From NCBI RefSeq assembly GCF_016432865.1, contig NC_067398.1, positions 117,428,001-117,492,000 of the forward strand: a stretch of DNA of 64,000 bases, in the 5' to 3' direction. A model generated the notes under the pieces. That model saw only the letters and a list, made by a program, of their open reading frames with translations, was not told the DNA's origin and ran no database searches. The stretch comes from Antechinus flavipes. Its lineage: Eukaryota. This document shows positions 35,972 through 44,195 of the stretch, in pieces (positions within the stretch are counted from its first letter, which is position 1; every line of letters begins with the position of its first letter). A program made the translations under genes and the position numbers.

Positions 35972-36123
35972 AACTGCCAAGCTCTTTCAGTGGTGGGCAC
36001 AATCAGCAACGGAACCATCCGAAGTTTCTTGGGTCTTCTCCTTTGTTTCAAGGGTCTGCTCTGTTTCTCTTCAATGGACAAGGAGAATACGACTTGTTGG
36101 CACCCATCTGATTCCTTCTTCAT
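35902..36123 (-). CDS. 73-aa Arg-rich ORF directly after the env splice acceptor (Env signal peptide / Rec-Rem-like candidate)
   Basis: The acceptor TTTGCTTGTATCTTCACAG|ATG resembles the HERV-K env acceptor. The protein MKKESDGCQQ...KQRRRPKKLR...ERAWQLWHLTHGHQKLLDLKTLRNHWIL* has a basic tract and an AWQ helix like the MMTV Rem and HERV-K Rec leaders. This resemblance is from memory, not an alignment. Confidence 0.5.
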   Translation of the reverse strand: MKKESDGCQQVVFSLSIEEKQSRPLKQRRRPKKLRMVPLLIVPTTERAWQLWHLTHGHQKLLDLKTLRNHWIL

Positions 36124-38610
36124 CTGTGAAGATACAAGCAAACCCTCTCCCCAAGCAGTTAACCTATCTCGTTCCTTCCATTCACCACTTTCTGGATCTC
36201 TCCACATCACCTAGAAATTATCTAAAGATAGTGGAGCTGCTCGCACTGGATACTGCTCTTCCAGTGGGTTATAAAACCTGTCTGCCGGAGCCAGTGCATC
36301 TTTGTCAAAAATCAAGAAGTTAATAGTATAAAGAGCTAGATTTAGAAGTTCTCTAGGGTTAACTGTGGCTCCCCCTTTCTTTTGTTTTTGGAGGAGTGTC
36401 TTAATGTCTCTATTTCTCCTCTCTACTATTGCCTGTCCTTGAGGATTGAAAGGTATGCCAGTGGTGTATAAAATCTTATACTGTGCACAAAAGTGTGCAA
36501 AATGTTTAGAAGTATATGTTTTTATTGCTTGTGGCACACCCATAATTGCAAATGCTTGTATAAGGAATTCAGTGATCACTCGGGCTGTCTCTTTTGCTGC
36601 TGGTATTACAAAAGTGAATCCTGAAAAAGTGTCTACCACAATATGGATAAAAGACAGACGACCAAAAGATTTATAATAGGTCACATCCATTTGCCAAATT
36701 TCATTGGGTCTCAAACCATGAGGGTTCTTCCCTGGAGACAGTGTAGGAGCATGGAAAGGAATGCAAGCTGTACAGGCTTTTACTATGCTCCTAGCTTCCT
36801 CTCTTGTTATTCCAAATTGTAAATGTAAAACTCGAGCAGCCTGATGATATTTAAAATGAGATTCTTGGGCTTCCTAAAATAAAGGAGTGTTGGCCAACAT
36901 GGTTAGAAGGCTATCTGCTTTTGAGTTACCATCAAAAATAGGACCTGGAAGTCCATTATGAGAGTGGACATGCAAGATATAAATCTTACCTGGATGCTTT
37001 CTCACTTGCTCTTGAAGAGCTGATATATATTAGAGGCTACAAATTTTATTTGGGCTGTGGCAATTCTTTGTACCATACCTACTGAATAGGCTGAACCAGA
37101 TATTATATTTATATCTACTCAATAAAGTAAGAGCTAGAATGATTGCATACAATTCATTCTGCTGAGTGGACTGAAAGGAGTTCTGACTACTCTCATTATA
37201 GTTAAGTCACAAGAGTATACAGCACAAATATTATGTTTGGATGCATCTATAAAGATAATTGTTTCTTTAAGAGGAACTTTAGAAACCTTTTCTTCAAGAG
37301 TCCATTGCCAATTATGTAATAGTCTGGGGTTATCTTTAATGGAGACCTGTGTGTAAAATTTGGAGCCATGGCTAATAAAATTTGCCACTCTGGGATGGTC
37401 TCACAACACACATTAATTTGTGCATTAGTATAAAAGGTGTATATCTTGTCAGGTCTTATCCCAGATAATTGTACTGCTTGCTCAATGGACTTTAATAAAA
37501 TTCTAACCACAAACACTGGGTAAGGAGTAAGGCTTTGTTCTGGTTGTGCTGGGAGGTTCACCCACTCTATCACACTGTCTCCTTGATGAAGGACTGCTGT
37601 GGGTGCCTCTTGTGTAGCAAAAACTGATATTTCCAAGGGTTTTTGAGTGACTCTTTCAACCACATTGGATAAAGCCAGTTCAACTTCTCTCAAAGCCTCT
37701 TGAGCTTCTTTTGTAAGCTAGCATGGTAAGTTTAAAGCATTGTCTCCCCTTAAAATGTCATATAATGGTTGTAACTGATAGGTAGTCAAGCCTAACACTG
37801 CATGCATCCATTGGATATCTATATCAATTTCTGAAAGTCATTTAAGGTATTTAGGTTCTCTGTTTTTAAGGATAGTTTTTGTACTGTAAGCACCTTAGGA
37901 TATACTTCATATCCTAAATATTGAAAAGGAGAATGTCTTCGAATTTTTTTGGGAGCTATGTACAATTTGTAGTATCTTAGTGTTTCTATGGTCTTTTGTA
38001 GACATGCTTCTAACATTTGTTCCTCAGGTGCACATCCCAATATATCATCCATGTAATGTAATAACATAACTTTTGGAAATGCTTTTCTTACTGAAATAAG
38101 AGCAGCAGCAACATACATTTGACACATAGTAGGGCTGTTTTTCATCCCCTATGGCAAAACTGTCTATTCATATTTTTTATAAGGCTCAGCTAAGTTAACG
38201 CTGGGTACTGAAAAAGCAAATCTTTTCATATCTTCCTTATCTAGAGGGATATAATAGAAACAATCCTTAATGTCTATAACCCAAAAAGGCCATTCTCTAG
38301 GGAACTGAGTAGGACATGGAAGCCCAGGCTGAAGAATTCCCATAGTTTCCATCTGTTCGTTTACCTTTCTTAAATTAGTCAATATCCTCCATTTTCCAGA
38401 TTTCTTTCTTACAACAAATATGGGGGAATTCCAAGGATTTAGAGAAAGTTGTAAGTGTCCTTGGTCAAGTTGCTCCTGTACTATATCTAATAAGACCTGA
38501 ATTTTATCGCTACCTAAAGGCCACTGTTCTATCCACACTGGTGTATTAGTTTTCCATTGAATAGGAACAGATAAAAGTGTTGGCAGGCTTTCAACAACAG
38601 CCCTGCCTAA
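36071..38610 (-). pseudogene. pol: ERV pol (RT-RNase H-IN, disrupted)
   Basis: RT PVWIEQWPL, PWNSPIFVVRKKSGKWR, LQPGLP, IDIKDCF, LHYMDDIL, PFQYLG; RNase H IFIDAS; IN H-H-C-C finger, WQMDVT, PQGQAIVER. Multiple stops and frameshifts. Confidence 0.93.
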
Positions 38611-39420
38611 AAAACCAAAGTACTCATTTTTAATCCTAATTGTTGTAAAATGTCTTTTCCCCACAGATTGATGGGGATTTTTTCAACTATAAAAGGAATA
38701 AAAATTCCTGTTTCACCTTCAAATATCCATCTCAAAGGGATAGCACTAACTTCAGCTGCTCTTGATCCTCCTACGCCAGATCTATAGGTGTCTGCCTTAA
38801 TCTTTGGCCAGTGACTGGGCCAGTTGACACCTCTAATTATGATTTGCACCAATGTCTACCAATCCTTCTAATGGCATGCCATTTATATAGATAGTGAGCA
38901 TAGATTGGTCAGCTGTTACAGCTGCTGTCTAGTATATTCCTGGATTTTGTTGTTTGGAGTCAGAATTTGGGCGACTATCACCAGATTGCTTATTAGGAGT
39001 CTGTATCAGTAAACCTGATGCTACTACCTTTCCTGGTTGATAAGTTACACATTATCTACCTGTATTAGTGACTGCGATATTTACAAATTCTCCAGTTTCC
39101 CACATCGGTGTATGGATGGACACTGTTTTGTAAGTACACTCAGGAGGTGAAATGGTCACGTCTACTGTGCCTGGAGGCAAGGGATCCATAGGCTGGAGAG
39201 GAACAGATTTCACCTCTCCAGGGGGTATCTCAGTTGTCCCAGCTGCATACAACTCTATTCTCCCCAATTATAATCCCTTTCTCCCATCGGATGGCTTCCT
39301 AGCTGATTGGTCATGTCTGGGTACTGAATTTCTAGGCACTCCCTGAATATAGCATTGGGCACCATCATGCCCCAAGTGTTTTTTGCCTGGGGCCCTGGAG
39401 ATGGGCTCCTCATCCCGTTT
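38607..39420 (-). pseudogene. pro: ERV pro (degenerate dUTPase-like domain plus aspartic protease, disrupted)
   Basis: G GAA AAC slippery site near 39416-39422; dUTPase-position domain IELYAAGTTEIPPGEV...PLPPGT; protease GLVDIGA and NLWGKDILQQLG. Confidence 0.85.
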
Positions 39421-41009
39421 TCCTGAATCAATCTACATTCTGAGGCCTAATGAAAGCCTCTGTTGCATTTTGGACATGGGGTATTGGGTCTTGTTCTCCC
39501 ATCCTGTTTTCTCACTCTGTGAGAACATTGCCAACATTGAGCTTTCAGATGCCCTACTTTTTACCACATTGAAAGCATTGATGAGTGTCTCTGGAAGTCC
39601 CTTGCCAAAAGGGATCCTGTATTCCCATGTTTGGATCTTGGGAAGTCTGCATCATAGCCTGGTTATAAAAGGCATTTGTGCCCATTGTGGCACAGCATCT
39701 TATGATCTCCTCTAAAGGAGCATCCTTGCGTAGTCCTAGTATAATTCTTCTACAAACCTTATTAGCATTTTCTTTAGCAAGTTGCCTTATCATAATGTCT
39801 TTTACTGCATTTTCACCATTAGTTCATACGACAGCTGTCTGCAAATGTCCCACAAAATCAGCAAAGGATTCATTTGGCCCTTGTGCTATTTTTGTGAAGG
39901 CTTCACCCTTGTCATTTTTATTGGGGAGAGAAGCCCGTGGTTTGATAGCAGCAGCAGCAATTTGCTCATATGCTGCTAAGGGGTAATTAATCTATACTGA
40001 AATTTCTGCATAAGAACCTACACCTCTTAGTTGGTCATAGGTGATTGGAGGATTAACTCCCCTATGACTATTTTGTTGGGCATGATATCCTACAGAGCTC
40101 ACTATATTCAGAAAGCCACAACAAGTTTTGTCCAGGTTCTAAGCATGTCCTTGTTATAGATTTCCAATCCCTAGGGTTAAGACTTCCTAAGCCAAATTCT
40201 GTAATAACATCTTAACATAAGCTGATGTAGCCCCATAAAGAGTGCAAGTCTTTTTCAGGTCTTTGAGTATTTCTATATCAAATCCACTTTCTTGACATGA
40301 AGAGTTAAACTATTGAATCATAGGATACATACCAATTTTCAGATCACCTAAATTCTGTCCTTCTTCTGTGGCTTCTAAGTACGGCCTTTTGCAATCTGGT
40401 CATAGGAGAGGGTGGTTGCTGGGGAGGGAAGGTGCGCTGGTGTCACTGCCTCTCCCACTACTCCTCCTCCCTCCATCTGGGAAGATGAAGTTGATGGGGG
40501 CATGTCAAGAACCAGTTCCGGTTTAGGTAGGGTTGAACCACCACGCCCTTCACCACACCCTTCATCCTCACTTAATTCCCCATGCCCTCCTGTGATATTG
40601 CTTTTAATCCATTTTTTGTCTTCCTCTTTTTCCTCATACTTCCTCATCTGGCTATTCTTAGAATTTTTCTTTTTTCTATAACTTGCAGGATTCTTTAAGG
40701 CCAATTGTATTATGTTCTATGTATAGAATATTCCCTTGAAAATTGAACAAGGCCCTTTATCATTGTAGTACTCACATAGTTGCTCTCCTACCAGCTTCCA
40801 ATTATCTAACCCTATCTCTTCTTCCTTTAAGAACCAAGGGGACATGCGTTTTAATGTATCCAAGAGTCTAGTAATCTGCAACCAAGTTACAATTAAGCCT
40901 TGTCCCTTGATCAACTTAAGTATGCTTTCTATAGCACCCCCTTGGGGCGGGGGTGGGCGTGGGCTGAGGCTGGGGTTGGGGGAGAATCTTTTCCCAATAT
41001 CTGCCCCAT
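39400..41009 (-). pseudogene. gag: ERV gag (disrupted)
   Basis: Myristoylation start MGQILGKD at 41009; matrix WLQITRLLDTLKRMSPWFLKEEEIGLDNWKLVGEQL; MHR QGPNESFADFVGHLQTAV; two zinc knuckles (CFQCGK..., CPKCNRGFH.ASEC). Several stops and frameshifts. Confidence 0.9.
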
Positions 41010-41074
41010 TGTAGCTAGACAAGGATACTAGTTTAGCCCTTAACAAAGTAAGTTCCCTGTTTGTCTGTTAAAAT

Positions 41075-41083
41075 ACTCACCCT
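41075..41083 (-). promoter_or_regulatory. ERV major splice donor
   Basis: AGG|GTGAGT (junction 41081/41080) between the PBS and the gag ATG. Confidence 0.75.
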
Positions 41084-41129
41084 ATATCCTGGTCACCAGA
41101 GACTTCTTCAGTGAAATTAGGGTCTTTGG

Positions 41130-41147
41130 TCCACATGTTGGGCACCA
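41130..41147 (-). promoter_or_regulatory. Primer binding site, tRNA-Lys(1,2) type
   Basis: TGGTGCCCAACATGTGGA versus the canonical TGGCGCCCAACGTGGGGC. Two of the four mismatches are CpG decay. It sits 2 nt after the LTR CA end. Confidence 0.85.
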
Positions 41148-41149
41148 AA

Positions 41150-41502
41150 TGTGAAGACCGCATTAGCACTCTGGATGCCTTAGAATCAGCCAGAGTCAGG
41201 ATAAGCAAAAGTCCTTGATCTTTATTTTTGGTCTTTAGGGGTAGGATTGAATTGGATGGAAGCAGAATCTCCTCGACCTCCTTCTCCCTCGTCTACCGCC
41301 AAAGTGACTCTGGCTAGTCTTACTCCACCCCCTAGTCTCTCCTACAATTCTCTGTATACACTAGTCATCTAGGCAGCACAGGATAGTGGGAAGGACCATT
41401 TTCCAAGCATATGCCCATAGAGTGTGTCCAATCAGTAGTTAGCTGACGTGTTCGGCTGTCCTGACCTCAGTGCATCGACTCAAGAGTTTCAAGCCCATTA
41501 CA
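41150..41502 (-). mobile_element. ERV 5' LTR
   Basis: Minus strand TGTAATGGG...CTTCACA. It carries AGGTCA, ACGTCA, ATTGG and TATACA motifs and an AATAAA at 41221-41226, and is followed by a TT spacer and the PBS. Confidence 0.95.
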
Positions 41503-42195
41503 GGGAGGGACACTAAAAAGGGAGGGCTGTGAGAAGCAAGTGGTGCTCACAAGTTTAATACTGGGGAGGGGGGTAAGGGGGAAGGAAAGAAGAAAAGCAT
41601 AATCTGGGGATATCATGATGGCAGGAAATACAGAATTAGTAATTTTAACCATAAATGTGAATGGAGTAAACTCCCCCATAAAGAGGAAGCAGTTTGCAGA
41701 CTAAATTAAAAGCCAGAATCCTACAATATGTTGTTTACAGAAAATACACCTGAAGCAGGGAGATACATGCAGAGTAAAGGCATTAAAATGCAGACATACT
41801 TTTCTATTCTATTCATTTCTAGTATTCTCTTCTGTGAATGTATAGATTCCTATGAGACTAATGGGACTGCCGAATAGACTCCACTTTTTCTTCACCTCTG
41901 CACAGTCCAAGCCACAACTCAAGATTTCTATTTTTTTTGTCAATCTGATCTGCAAAACTGTTACCTTCTATAATAGTTATCTCCTCTGAGAAGGGGAACA
42001 GAATTATAGGAAGTAATATTGGGCATCTAACACCTAGGCCTCTCAATGACTTTAGACCTATCTAGCTTACAAAATAGCCACCAAAACTAGGAATCTCAGG
42101 ACCCATGTACCTAGAGTCAAGGAAAGAAATACAGAATAGAAACAAGGATTTGAAATCCAATCTAAAACATACCTAGAATACTTACCTGTTTACTA

Positions 42196-42199
<4 letters not shown>

Positions 42200-42262
<63 letters not shown>
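42200..42262. repeat. (CT)n microsatellite
   Basis: About 30 near-perfect CT units. Others: (TG)n at about 44155-44192 and (CT)/(CA) at about 11185-11255 in the TAOK2-beta 3'UTR. Confidence 0.95.
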
Positions 42263-42263
<1 letters not shown>

Positions 42264-44153
42264 GTATATAGGCTTCAAAAATGAAATCCCCTCCCAAATC
42301 TAAAGCCACACTTTTGAAAGACAATAAAAGAGAATGAACCTGACATTGTTTCTCCTTTCAAGACAATTGAATTGACAGCTTTTTTCTTTTTTATTATCTA
42401 TTTATACCTCCTACTGTTCCCTAATTGAAACAATAATACTCCCCCCAATACCCACTAACAAAACTCTCAAAACAAATAGGCATAGCTCACCATTTGACAT
42501 TGACATTTTAAAAAAAATGCATGTCTTATTTGAGATTTTTAGAAGCTGTCACCTCTCTAGTAGGAAGTGGGCAACATGATTCATCTTCATTTATCTTGAT
42601 TCCTGGTTTAAATACATTAGTAATGACTCTAAAATCTTTTCAAATTGTTTTTTTTCTCTACAATATTGTTACCATATAAATTCACCTCCTACTTCTCTTC
42701 ATTTCACTTTTTTATCAGTTCACAGAAAATTTCCCTCTTTTCCTCAAAACTCTTCATTTTTATGGCATTTCATTTATAAACCTAATTTGTTTATTTTCTA
42801 ATAGATGAGCATCCCCCTGGTTTCAATGGCTTTGCAAATGCCATATCACCAAGATAGAGGCACCCATGTGGGAGATGGCAAGGATCTGCTGTAGGAATAG
42901 ACATCTTGAATTCCCTACCATGTAGGTGGGAGCAGTCTCTTTCCATTCCATGGAAATAGGTAATATCTTTAAAACTAACAAACTGGGAAAATAAGTAGAT
43001 CCCATTAATTGGGAGAGTGGCTAAATAAATAGTGGTATCTGAATGTAATGGAATGTTATTGTGCTGTAAAATATGTGTGATGAATATAGAGAAGTAAGGA
43101 AAAAACTTTCATGGACTTATACAATGTGAAGCAAGAAAGCCAAGAAAACAATTTACATAGTGACTACAACAATGTAAATGGCAAGAACTACACATCAAAA
43201 AAAATCAAAAATAAATATAACAAAATTATAGAGATCCTTCAGGAATCAAATGAAGAGTTATGAAAGGACATTTCCAACCTGCTTCTTCATGGAGGCAGGA
43301 GGTCCACAGCTGTTATACATTGCATGTCTTTTCAACTTATCAATCTTTTTTTTTTTTAACTGTTGAATTGACTTTATTTATGGAGGAGAAAATGCAGCAA
43401 CTCACAAGTTGAATCAAAAAGAAACTTGAAATTGTTTTTTTAACTAAATGTTTAGATGACTCTCATCCTAAGGATGTCTGAGGAGATCTAGATTTCAAAA
43501 GATCCAGGTTAAAATCTAAGAAGGTGTAACTGTTGTAGTTATGATGTTGAAGGTTCTTGTAGGTAGAATTATCAAATGTCTAAGCACTTACAGTGTTTTC
43601 TGATGGTTTTTTTTTTTTTTTTGGTTCAGCCTTCTTTTGTTTTTCCTTTTCATTGTTTCCTGATTTAATAGAGAGAAAAACTGTTGAAGCAAATTCTCAA
43701 AACCCCCATACTTTTAGTTTTTGTGGTCTTCAATACCGCCCCCAGGCTCAGTCCCAGGACAGAGGAAAAGGCCATGGCAGTAAAGTTGGGGGGATTCTAG
43801 GCAAGGTTAACCCAGCCAAAGGATGTTTGGCTGGACTCCCCCAGAGTTAGCTCAAGTTCACTTCCCCTCGCTTAGCATGACTGGCCATTCTGTATTAATC
43901 ATTTGTGTTGATTTTCCCCTTCCTTTTATTAAATATATATGTATAGCTGTATATATACAGATATATGTACATAATATAGCTGATACAGTCATATGAGATT
44001 ATGGGGAAGGATGGGAAAGGGATACTTGGCATAAATATAGTCAAATAAGAAACAAAAAAATCACTAAAAACTTCAATTTTGCCCTTCTCTTTCCACTGGC
44101 ATCCAGAGGATGAAGGTCTTGATCATCTACAGCATGGGCAATATGCACTAATT

Positions 44154-44195
<42 letters not shown>

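Larger units (their letters stand above)
34566..41502 (-). mobile_element. Endogenous betaretrovirus-like (class II) provirus, 6937 bp
   Basis: Two related LTRs of about 352 bp in direct orientation, 6-bp TSD GGGAGG (34560-34565 and 41503-41508), PBS, PPT and gag-pro-pol order with betaretroviral motifs. Confidence 0.96.
32786..41781 (+). mobile_element. LINE-1 5' portion (5'UTR, decayed ORF1, spacer, start of ORF2), interrupted by the ERV
   Basis: Begins GGGACTTCCAGCCAAGATGGCG (L1 5' end with YY1 site). ORF1 remnants run about 33068-34180 (coiled coil; SLRIIGLPE, IERIHRS, AKFQNYQAKENIVQAARK, IRITQDLAASTLKDQRAWNMIFQKAKELGMQPKITYP). The spacer resumes at 41503. ORF2 endonuclease start ILTINVNGVNSPIKRK...SQNPTICCLQ at about 41614-41781. 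Confidence 0.88.
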
